Part shown: positions 36,734-47,212 of the stretch, in pieces
How positions within the stretch are numbered: position 1 is the stretch's first letter
How the letters are laid out: each line of letters begins with the position of its first letter
NCBI RefSeq assembly: GCF_001194135.2
Contig: NC_068999.1
Span: forward strand, 23,969,752-24,016,963
Origin: Octopus bimaculoides
Taxonomy: Eukaryota
Length of the DNA stretch: 47,212 nt
Direction: 5' to 3'
The notes under the pieces: generated by a model
Database searches by the model: none
What the model saw: only the letters and a program-made list of their open reading frames with translations
Told to the model about the DNA's origin: nothing
Made by a program: the position numbers and the translations under genes

Positions 36734-37295
36734 GTGTTGCATGAAAGTTACCAGCATGTTGCGGGAAAGTATCCTTGTTTCAAATTGATATTTCCTCAGC
36801 TGCCTATTGTAGTCTTTAGACCGAATAAAAATATAAGAGATCTATTGATCTCAATTTCTGACTCCAAGAAAACTAACATTGGAATATCTGCATGCTGTAC
36901 TTTGAAAAACAGCCACAAGAGAGGTAAGCCTTGTTCATTGTGCAACAACATGAATCAAATCGATTCCATCAAGAATCATAACAGAAATATTATGATTTAT
37001 ACAAAAGGTGTGACATGTTGAGATTCCCATTTGGTGTACATGGCAGAATGTACAAAACACAACTTGATCCATGTTGGTTGTACAACAGAACAATTAAACA
37101 AATGATCTAATGGGCACAAATTTGATGTCAGGCACAATAACAGTAGTTCGACAGAACTTGCTGAACTTTTTGTTTCAAACGGCTGCAGTTTTGAAAAAAA
37201 CTCGAAAGTGCATATTCTCAGAAAATATTCTGAATCTGCTTCCTTTTCAATACTCAACATGCATGAGGAGAAATATGTTTGCGGGTATCCAACAT
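36734..37295 (+). mobile_element. Penelope-like element GIY-YIG fragment
   Basis: FPQLPIVVFRPNKNIRDLL...CSLC...GVTC*DSHLVYMAECTKHNLIHVGCT..L..*SNGHKFD; one frame with two stops. Confidence 0.8.
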
Positions 37296-40200
37296 CATCA
37301 TGGTAATGTTGTCTGCGTATGCAGACACAGCTCTCCCGAGTCCAATTTCAAAATGGAGGCCCCTTAACTGTTCCAACTTCTGCAGCAGTGGATCAAGAGC
37401 CAGTACATACAGAAGAGGTGACAACAGGCAGCCTTGATGGACTGAACATGCAATACTAAACGGTTCTGATAGGTGGCCATTTACTTTGACCACTGAGCAG
37501 GTGCTGCTGTGCATTGTAGCAACCTAGCCTCTGAAAACGGGTCCGAAACTGGCTGCTTTAAGGATGGCTTCCAAGTAGTGATGGTGTACCCTATCAAAAG
37601 TTTTCAACTGATCTAAATTGATCAGGAGCCCACCGAAGCCAGCTTTAGTCCCAGCCCTCTCTATGATATATCGCATAAGCTGGAGGTTGTCATAGATAGA
37701 CCTGCTTGGGGTTGTGGACGTTTGTGCCTCCCCGACCAGACTACCAATGACAAGTGCCAACCTTTTCGCTAACACCTTGGCCAAAATCTTATACTCTGTG
37801 CTTAGCAGAGTTATGAGCCAAAAATTCTCTAGCACGTCCACATTTTCGGCATCCTTTCTCAGCTGTATTACCACACCCCGGCTAACAGCACTAGTAATTC
37901 TCCCATTCTGCTGCCAGTTACTGTAGACGGCTGCCAAACAAATCTGGTATGAAAACATAGAATTCGTAGGGCAGACAATCCAAACCGGGTGAATTGCGAC
38001 TTGTGTAATCGCTCATCACCTCCCGTATTTCAGAGGCTGTAATTGACTTTTTTCAGAATCTCACATCCATCACTGAGAGGATGAGAGTTGTAGGCCATCT
38101 AGATACAAAATAAAGTTCGCTACCATCATCGACCCATCACCCTTCCCAAACAGCCGTGCAAAATGCTGCTGGAAAGCCACACACATCTGTTCAGAACCGA
38201 GTAGCACATGTCTGTCCTGATCTGTCAAAGAATTGATCATGGTTTTGTTTCCATGTTGCATCTCTCCTGTTCGAGCCCATCAGACGGCTTTAGTTCCTTT
38301 GTATTTTAGTGTACAGGCCTTAGCTCTGACAACACATCCTTCATATTTTGCCTCAAAGAAATGGTCAAGGGCCATTCTCGCTGTTAACATGTTGGTTGCA
38401 ATGCCTTTACTAATAGCCTCTTCTAGTTTGCTAATTAGTTCTCCCTCTAATCTATTTCTTTCTATTGCTAAATCTTTGCTAAACGCTATCAATTCTCCTC
38501 TAATCGCTCTCTTCAGAGCGATCCACCACTGGTTGTTGATGACAGCCCCGTCAACTGTTGCTTAACTAGCTTGCTAATCTGGTCCCTGTAGTCTTTGTGA
38601 GCTGGTAAGGACACATTCAACTTCCAGTAACCGGGTCCCTATCTACAGGTCCCATCTAAATCGACTGAGCATATCACAAATTTGTGATCTATGTAGCTGA
38701 TCAATTTAAATTGTGGACAACTTATGTCATCTCTATCCTCTGATCTAACAAATACTCTATCTAAATATGATCTGGATGACCCACTGTGGTTGCTCCATGT
38801 CCACACAGGCACATCAGGGGAATTCAGTCGGTACCTGTCTGAATACTGGAAAGTCCTGAGCAGGTTTTTGAGGTTTTTACACCCTCTCTGACTATGTACT
38901 AAACCCACACAATCCTTCTGTGTGTCCAAAATACTATTCCAGTCCCCCACTAGTACTAAAGCGTGAGACATTCTCAAGGATGTTTCTAGATGCCTGAAGA
39001 AGTCTGGCCTTCCAGCACCTGTTGGAGCATAAACCGCCACCAGTCTAAAGGTTCCACCTTCACTGCCATTTACGTCCAGGACCACCACCCTACCATTCGG
39101 GTCCAGGAAGATAGCCCATACTTGGGGATCTAAGGATTTTCAGAATAGCACTGCTACACTACTACCCGTTCCTGATAGACCACAAGATGAGAATATCTCA
39201 TAGTCCTTGAAAATGGATGCTAGAGCGTGTTTACTGGAGATCCTTGTTTCACTAATAGCAGCTACATCCAAATTAAGTGACCTGAGATCATTGAACAAGT
39301 GACTTTGCTTCCAAGCTGATCCCAGGCCATGCACATTCACACACCCCATTCTCAGCACAACCATGCTAGTTGGAGAAAGAAAATGAGGAAGTAACTCACC
39401 TTGATTTTCAAGAAGCCTGGAAGTCTGTCCTTGGGAGTTTTGAGAATGGAATCCTCAAATTCCTTTCCTTCTGTCTCTATTTTGTTTTTGTTTTGACTTA
39501 CAAAATCCACTGTTACACTTTTTCACAACAGGGAAATTGATGGACACATTTCGTCTGCAATCTGATGAATATTTTTGAAGTTCTGGAATTGGTTGTTTCT
39601 GTGTTTCTGTGATTTCAGGCTGTTGTTGATGATGTTGCTGTTTTTGAAGTTGTTGATCTTGTTCTTGCAGTTTTTGTTGGAATGGTTGTGAATTGTGTTG
39701 CAGTTGTGGTTTCAGAATAAGTTTTTATTGATTTCTTGGATTAAGGCTATGTACTCTCCTCCTCTTTCACCTACCCGCTTTTGTCACTGTGATCCACTGA
39801 TCGTTCAGCTCTTCTTTCTCCATGTCATTGCAGTTGATGTTGGTTTAGGAGGAAGAGCATTCAGGAGAGACTTGCTTTTCCGTGGCAAGCAGGGGAGGGA
39901 GTAGACTCCTTCTTTGTCTTGGTTTGGGAGTGGCTGTGAACATGAATGTGGGAGTGGGTGTAGCAGTCTTGAGCACTTGTTTATGATTTTGCACTTGTGG
40001 TGTTTGTAATGTTGGCAGCAGTGGGACTTTATTTTTCCTTGTTTCAGGGCATAAAGCCTTTAAGTGATTTAAAGATCCACATGTGTGGCATCTTGGCTTT
40101 CTGCCCTCCATGAACACTGAGAGGTGAGTACCATCTGGGAGATTGATTTGATCGGGCAACTGGTCGATATGGTCCTGCTTGTGTTGCAAGGTCAGTTCAA

Positions 40201-41006
40201 TACCTGTACCTAACCAGTTTTGCTTAGGTAGTTTCTTGACCTCCAATATTGTGACCTCATCTTCTTCTAAACTTGCCAAGATGGTTACCACTAACCAGGT
40301 AATGGATATTTCTGGTGGCACATTCAGCACCCTAATCTTGGCAAAGCGTTGGCCATGATAGCTGGGGATTAAGAAAAAAGTTGTCATTCTTTAAGGCAGT
40401 CGTGGAATTACATCTAGCTTCTTCTTCCATCCCAAATCTCACCTCAATAGTTCCAAACTTCTTTCCTTGAGTGACGTGGGTCTTTTGTTCCCACACGTGC
40501 CCAAGGCATTTTTGTACTTCTACCCACCGAGACTCGACTCTGATGCAACAGTATGTTACCGTGCACCTTGCAATATTTTCTATCACATTGGATGGAGGGT
40601 TTAGAACTATCCTTCTCCCATCTCATTTTACAATTTTTCTTGCCAATTTTAATTCTTCTTCATCTATGTGAAAACTTCCTGTATTTGTTGCTGCTGATGC
40701 AAAAGACACAGAGGTGATATTTACATTTTTATGTTTCATTTCTTTTGTATTGTTGTTACTGTTATTAATATTATTATTATTGTTGTTGTTGTTGTTGTTG
40801 CTGTCACTGCTGTTACCTTTGCTGTTCTCATTGTTGACACTGAAAGTTTTGACGTTGCTTTGAAATGGAACATTTTTTGCCTCGGTGATGTCATTAAGTT
40901 TAGGCCATTTAATATTGATAGTCTCAATTCTTTCCTCACTCTCAGTTTTTCTTGACAAGGAGCGTGTTCCTTTGTCGAACATTATGATGGCTTTTTTATC
41001 AGCCAT
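37290..41006 (-). mobile_element. Tx1/L1-clade non-LTR retrotransposon: ORF1 (CCHC knuckle) + ORF2 (APE, RT), 3'-truncated, frameshifted
   Basis: ORF1 PRCHTCGSLNHLKALCP. APE: GCVNVHGL...DVAAISET, VYAPT, LVGDWN, SYLDRVF, DHKFV. RT: ITLLSTEYKILAKVLAKRL, LDQLKTFDRV, VHQGCLLSPLLY, AYADNI. Homology stops just after the YADD-equivalent. Confidence 0.92.
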
Positions 41007-41259
41007 CTTTAAATAATTACAGAAAATTGCAAAATATTTGTTTTTGCTGAAAGTAGTTAAAATTCAAAAATTATTGAAGCACACTCCTGCAAAACAAGAG
41101 GTGTTTCTACACAAAAGTACTATCTGTGCAGTTCAGACAATCTCAGAAGCATAATGGTAACAATAGAAATGAAAAGACAGGGCCTTAGAAGGCCAAAGAG
41201 ATTACAAACACTTTCAACTTACGTAGTTCCAAATTTCTTTGACTTTACAGTATGGTAGC

Positions 41260-41299
<40 letters not shown>

Positions 41300-41409
41300 G
41301 AGGTCCTTGTTGTGACTTGACAGACAGTACAAACCCCTGGTAGACACAATATCTTCAATCAACAATATCATGATATTGGATACTGTGCGATGTCTTAAAT
41401 AATAATATC

Positions 41410-41630
41410 CTCAACACTACACACAATCCAAAAAGTAGCCGTGTTAGGAACAGCCTACATCCTACACAAGACACTATCAATTCAATAATACAACCTAAAC
41501 AAAACAATCCACAAGCACAAGACACTATACAGCAAAAATCCAATAAAATTAACTACCACCAGCAAGCTGGATACCCATTGCATTACACACACAACACACA
41601 ATACAAACACTAATACAACAGAAGACTGCA
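41410..41630 (+). mobile_element. R4/Dong-like RLE retrotransposon 3' end, copy 1
   Basis: IQKVAVLGTAYILHKTLSIQ* (TAA 41486-41488) plus 3'UTR. Confidence 0.7.
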
Positions 41631-41775
41631 CAACACTTCAAAAAAGGAAAAGAAAAGAAACTGATGCAATACAATACCAGGAAGAGTTTGCACACTCCCA
41701 ACACCAAAAAAAGAACTCACTATGCTGCCCCCACCCCCAGTGACACAGAAGTGTAGCAGGTGATGTAGTTGAAAT

Positions 41776-42590
41776 TTGCCTGAAACTGAGGCATTGATAT
41801 ACAACACCCAAGAACAAGCTCTGAGAACTAATTACACCAAGTTCCAAATAGATAAGAGTAGTGAATTGCCCCTTTGTGGGATGTGTGGCAGCAGAAACGA
41901 AATAATCTTACATATTGTGAGTGAGTGTAGTAAGCTGTCCCAAAAGTACTACAAAAGGAAGCACAATAACGTGGCTCCACTAGAGGCTATGTGAAAAGAA
42001 CAGCCTGAACAGAGCATGGAAATGATATAAACATGAACCAGAAGGAGTCACCGAGAACAAGGAATATAAGATACTGTGAGATTTTACAATCCTTAATTGA
42101 GGCTTGGAGACCAGATATTGTTGTAGTAGATAAAAAGAAAAAGGAAACCAAGATTACAGATATTGCAATACCTGGGGATGCATGCATAAATGATAAAGAA
42201 CTAAAAAAGATTGAAAAGTAGAGACTACTAAAAGATGAAATTGCAAGAATGTGGACTATGAGGAGAGTGTCTATCATTCCAGTAGTTGGAGGGTCACTCC
42301 AGTAGTTGTAGGGGCGTTTAACACTAACAACCAAGTTTGAGAAATATGTCAGGGAAATCAGAATTGACATGAGAGCAGAGCAAGCCCTAAAAACTGCCCT
42401 GTTGAGGACAGCTAGGATTTTGAGATTGGTACTTTGATGTTGAATGTCTCCCGCAATAATTAACAACCAAGTACCAAAGCTTATAATGTGTGGAAAGAGA
42501 CCCTGTGAGACCTCTGGCAGCAGGCTGCTGTCCGCTCTCACAAAATCTATCAGAGCAAACAAGATTGAGCACTCTGAGAAGTAAAACAAT
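41776..42590 (+). mobile_element. R4/Dong-like RLE retrotransposon 3' part, copy 2 (CCHC + PD-(D/E)xK)
   Basis: ETEALIYNTQEQALRTNY...CGMC...HIVSEC, RPDIVVVDK...ITDIAIPGD..I.DKE, ALLRTARIL. Followed by (ATA)n. Confidence 0.88.
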
Positions 42591-43087
42591 GATAATGATA
42601 ATAATAATAAACAACAATAATAATGATGATGATAATGATAATGATTTCAAATTTTGGCACAAGGCCAGCAATTTCAAGGAAGTGGGTAAGTTGATTACAT
42701 TGACCTCAGTACTCAACTGATATTTATTTTATCGACTCAGAAAAGATGAAAGGCAATGTTAACTCTGATAGCATTTGAACTCAGGATGTAAAGATGGGCG
42801 AAATGCTGCTAAGCATTTTGTCCAGTATAGTAATGATTCTGCCAGCTCGCCACTTTAATGATAATAATAATAATCCTTTCAACTAAAGGCACAAGACCTG
42901 AAATTTGGGGGAGGAGACTAGTTGATTACATTGACCTCAGTGTTTCACTGGTATGTAATTTATCGACCCTGAAAGGATGAAAAGCAAAGTCAACCTTGGC
43001 AGAATTTGAACTCAAAATGTAAAAACGGGTAGAATATCACTAAGCATTTTATTCAGCATACTAACAATTCTGCCAGTTCACCACCTT

Positions 43088-43148
43088 AATAATAATAATG
43101 ATGATGATAATAATGATAATCATAATAATAATAATAATAATAATAATG

Positions 43149-43197
<49 letters not shown>

Positions 43198-43203
43198 TAA
43201 TAA
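43088..43203. repeat. (AAT)n microsatellite (others at 22620-22680, 41257-41299, 42590-42644, 43550-43621)
   Basis: Read directly. Many (TA)n, (CA)n, (CT)n, (ATCT)n and (GTCT)n tracts also occur in the window. Confidence 0.95.
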
Positions 43204-43548
43204 AAACAATACCTATTGTCATAGGTGCCCTGGGAATGACAGCGAAACGGGCTGATTACTACCTAGCTCAGATACCAGGAAACCCCAAAATGGCTGAAGT
43301 TCAAAAGATAGTGCTCATGGGAACTGCCCATATCCTACGTAAAATACTGTCTATGTAATCTCAAATTTTAAAGCAAACACATAATTTTCTTATGGTTTCT
43401 TAAACATTCACTTGAACAAAACTGTACAAATCCAAATATATGGTACCCTAGGCATAACACCTACATGAACTTCTAACTTGTTGTCTCTTGAGGTCTCTGG
43501 GTGAGACTTGGATCCAACTTGTACAAATGCAAAACAAAAATCAAACAT
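43204..43548 (+). mobile_element. R4/Dong-like RLE retrotransposon 3' end, copy 3, embedded in (AAT)n
   Basis: IPIVIGALG...VQKIVLMGTAHILRKILSM* plus 3'UTR, with (AAT)n on both sides. Confidence 0.85.
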
Positions 43549-43550
43549 AA

Positions 43551-43620
<70 letters not shown>

Positions 43621-43623
<3 letters not shown>

Positions 43624-43850
43624 GAAGTGAAAAGAATCCATAGAGCCTGAAAAGTGATTGTGGTGTTTATAGTTTTCGGTGCATTTGAGACCATCTTAAA
43701 AAGAGCAATATTCTGGTATCAAAAGCTGCAAATATCAAACTTCTTAGGATGTTTTCAGAAGTACTTGAAGCAGTTCATGTGTTCAAGAAAGTGTTGCATC
43801 TCTAAGCTGCATGATGGAACTGAGATGTGACATAGACAGATAAATCATAA
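43621..43850 (+). mobile_element. R4/Dong-like RLE retrotransposon 3' end, copy 4
   Basis: EVKRIH..*KVIVVFIVFGAFETI...KLQI...FQK. Flanked by (AAT)n. Confidence 0.6.
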
Positions 43851-44498
43851 TAATAATAATTGCATTGATACACTTGCATATTTGAAAGAATAACAGTGAG
43901 CAATATGAGTGATATTTCAAATATTAATATCTGCTACAGCTGTTTCAATAATTCTTTCATAACATTACAGCAATGATTACAATTAGATAATTATAATTGT
44001 ACATAATTATAATTATAGAGTATGTAAGACAAACATCTTCAGAGATGTTATAAATATGAATAAAAAAACATTTTTATATGTAGGAAAAAGAATCAAGGTA
44101 AAAAATAAAAAAAAGACAAAGAAGCAGTTAAAAAAAAACAAAAGAAAAGAAAGACATAGAAGAAAACAAAAGGAAAAAGCAAAAAGAAATAATGAAATAT
44201 TTGATGATAAAATATATAAATAAATAGTAAAACTATCTTTTGGGAAGTTGGATGTTGGAATAATTAAGACAAGTAAATGGCAACAATAAATTATGATCAG
44301 CTATTTAGATAATATCTATGAGTATTGTACAGATTTAAACACTAAATTTAGTATAACCAATAATCAAGCTAGTAGATACTAGATACTAGATTAAGAGACA
44401 TTTAAGAATAATAGAGACAGATTTATAGAGACCTTAACAAAGACATATCAACACATAAATATATTCAAAGTATATATCAATTATCATTATACATGATG

Positions 44499-44584
<86 letters not shown>

Positions 44585-44594
44585 GCTATCGAAC

Positions 44595-44629
<35 letters not shown>

Positions 44630-44749
44630 TATGTATGTATGTATATATATGTGTTCTCTTTCTCTTTTTAATTGTAGAGTAAATTTTGACTAACCACCGA
44701 CTTGGTAGCAAGGTTGTGAAGGAAAGCATCTTTTTTCAACCATCATCCA

Positions 44750-45150
44750 TTAAATACTAAGAAGGTCTTGCTGATTTTTTTGTAGTCCCAGATATTGCGA
44801 TCATTTGTAGCATATGAATTAAGGACTTGTGTTCTCTCATCAAGATCCCAAGTTCAGCCATACCTTGTTCCAGATGGGCTGGTATGTATCCTATTGCTCC
44901 AATAATAATAGGTATGAAGCTGAAAGTGTATCTTGGGTACTGGATTTGCAAACAACTTGTCAATGGTCTTTAGATGTCCCTTTTCTCTAGCATTTTTCTA
45001 ACCGCATTCATGTCCAGATGGGCAGCTGGTTTCCACAACAGAACATATTTTTTCTTTGTGGTCTCACCCAACGATATCTAACTGAACATTCTTTCAACTT
45101 GTTGGTCTCAACAAAGTCAACTGCGTTTGTAAGTATTTTCTTTTTTTATT
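44750..45150 (-). mobile_element. RLE retrotransposon 3' end, copy 5 (different family)
   Basis: AAHLDMNAVRKMLEKRD...LQIQYPRYTFSFIPIIIGAIGYIP...LQMIAISGT. Confidence 0.7.
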
Positions 45151-45180
45151 ACCCAGTTCAAAAGCATTTATGTATGTATG

Positions 45181-45214
<34 letters not shown>

Positions 45215-45336
45215 TGGATGGATGGATGCATGCATGCTTGCAAGCATGTGTAGACATGGTTGAGTGGTTAAGAAGCTCACTTTGCAATCATGTGGTTTCA
45301 AGTACCGTTTCACTGTGTGGCACCTTTTTTTGCAAA

Positions 45337-45680
45337 ACATGACCATACCAGTGCATTCGTCTCTCTTGCACACCACAACTGATGCTTCTAAGGTCCAACA
45401 TTTCTCTCAGGGCACTTACACTCTGTTGAGTATGCACACTAACATCACACATCTTGTGGAGCATACTGGCTTCAATTCTTATGAGCTTACGCATGTCCTC
45501 AGCAGTCACGGCCCATGTTTCACTTTTACTCTGAGTGAGAGGCCTTTTGTCACCAGCAGAGGTAAGAGCTCTCTGAACTTTACCCAGGCTATTCTTATTC
45601 TTGCAGCTACACTTTCAGAGTATCCACCCCCACTACTGACTTGGTCCCCTAGGTAACGGAAGCTATCAACTACTTGTAGG
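45337..45680 (-). mobile_element. RTE LINE fragment (same family as 3659-6450)
   Basis: Reverse complement matches 5471-5720 (TAEDMRKL...SVSALRE.LDLRSI.CGVQERR) and extends upstream with VDSFRYLGDQVS. Confidence 0.88.
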
Positions 45681-45718
45681 TTTTTTTCCTACCCCTACCC
45701 AGAATTCTTATATGTATG

Positions 45719-45751
<33 letters not shown>

Positions 45752-46317
45752 GTGTGTGTATATGTGTGTGTGTATATATGTGTGTGTGTATGTGTTTGTC
45801 ACCTATCACTGCTTGATAACCAGTGTTAGTGTGTTTATGTCCCTACAACTTAGTGGTTTGGCAAAAGAGATCAATAGAATAAGTATCAGGATTAAAAAAA
45901 AAATACTAGGGTCAATTCATTCGGCTAAACATTCTTCAAGGCGGTGCCCCAGCATGGCCAGAGCCTAATGACTGAACAAGTAAAAAGATAAAAAAGTGGC
46001 ATTTACAATTACATATAAACTAATACATATATATAAACAAAAACAGTATATAGACAAGAGAAACATATATATACACCAATAAAGAGATATGAATTCAGAT
46101 ATAGAAGTGTGAATAAACATGCTCAAATACATAGACATACACACACAGATACACACATGAACATATACATTCATAGACACACATACACACATACGTATAT
46201 GTACAATAAAGCTCTATGTAGGCAGATATGTAGCTGTATATATGTACAGAAAGATATTCATACACACATAAGTATTACATAAATATACTTCCAAACGTAC
46301 AAAAATACATATATGGA

Positions 46318-46725
46318 GCCTGGTGATGCCATCCGGTTTCATCAGTCCTCAGTTAAATCGTCCAACCCATGCTAGCATGGAAGGCGGACGTTAAACGATG
46401 ATGATGATGATGATATACAAATATATGTACATATACACACATAGGCATGGCTTGCAAGAGCCCTGTGCTGGCACCACATAAAAAGATCCTATGCCAGTGC
46501 CACATAATGGCGACCGTGCCAGTGTCACACAAAAGCACCCATGCTGGTGCCATGAAAAGGGGAGCCAGCACACACTGTAAAGTGGTTGGTGTTTGGAAGG
46601 GCATCCAACTGTAGAAATCAAGTCAAATCAGACTGAAATCTAGTATAGTTCCCTGGCTTGCCAGCTCCCGTCAAATGTCTGACCCATGCCAGTATGGAAG
46701 GAGGACATTAAATGATGATGACAAT
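46318..46725 (+). mobile_element. Two RTE 3'-tail fragments ending in (GAT)n
   Basis: CCAACCCATGC.AGCATGGAA...TAAA.GATGATGAT, as at 6400-6450 and 13930-13980. Confidence 0.75.
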
Positions 46726-46832
46726 GACGATAATATATACATATGCACACAGAAAATATATATGGATATACATAAATATATATTTTGCTTTTATACAGAC
46801 ACACATGTATTTAGATAGGTACTGTTTTGCTT

Positions 46833-47212
46833 ATGAATTCTTCCAATTGCAAGTTTTCTTTTCAGGTACACGACACTGCTTTTCCCCTTCCCAGGCTACA
46901 GGCCCACACCCCCAACACCCATACTGTTAGGATTGGCACTCTCAACGTCGGCACGCTGAAAGGTAGATCTGGTGAAATTGTTGAGATGCTTGAACGGAGA
47001 CGCGTAGATATGTGCTGCATCCAGGAAGTAAGATGGAGAGGAGGTTCTGCGAGGTTCCTCACAGGCAAAGAACACAGGTACAAGATTTTCTGGGCAGGGA
47101 ACACTGACGGGGTCGGGGGCGTAGGAATACTTCTAGCGGAGAAATGGGTGGATAAGGTAATCGAGGTCGTTAGAGTAAGTGACAGAGTACTTAAGATCAG
47201 ACTAGTGCTTCA
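46833..47212 (+). mobile_element. Start of an RTE LINE ORF (APE endonuclease), open to the window edge
   Basis: ATG at 46833; RIGTLNVGTLKGRS..EIVEMLERRRVDMCCIQEVRW...GVGGVGILL...VIEVVRVSDRVL, with no stop in 380 nt. CpGs are retained. Confidence 0.9.

Noticed and set aside
39366-39399. AAG|GTGAGT...pyrimidines...CTAG| at the Tx1 ORF1/ORF2 junction
   Set aside because: Only 34 nt, and removing it does not fuse ORF1 to ORF2 (stop soon after). Probably chance.

Overview
Eukaryotic, AT-rich, microsatellite-rich scaffold with N gaps. The repeat complement (tRNA-derived SINEs, RTE, Penelope, Tx1, R4-like LINEs, mariners, Helitrons) looks like a coleoid cephalopod, probably Octopus; that is inference only. 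One host gene can be rebuilt on the minus strand: an ankyrin-repeat + SOCS-box (ASB-family) protein. Its CDS is 34977-34970, 28231-27828, 20809-20501 and 13217-12727 (1212 nt, 403 aa; all junctions GT-AG and phase-consistent), with a candidate 9-nt in-frame microexon at 28346-28338. Everything else is mobile-element debris: RTE LINEs, a full-length mariner split precisely by a non-autonomous Helitron, a separate Helitron Rep fragment, Tc1 and maT relics, a piggyBac-type MITE, several Penelope-like relics, a 3'-truncated Tx1/L1 element and five R4/Dong-like 3' ends clustered around (AAT)n tracts. The most unusual object is a ~279-bp element bounded by a 14-bp direct repeat that joins a Pol III tRNA-like head, (AAT)n and a Penelope-type hammerhead-ribozyme core (23799-24105). 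Also notable are a near-perfect 23-bp intronic hairpin and further hammerhead relics. No CRISPR, rRNA or bona fide tRNA gene was seen. TE family assignments rest on recognised peptide and terminal motifs, not on database searches.
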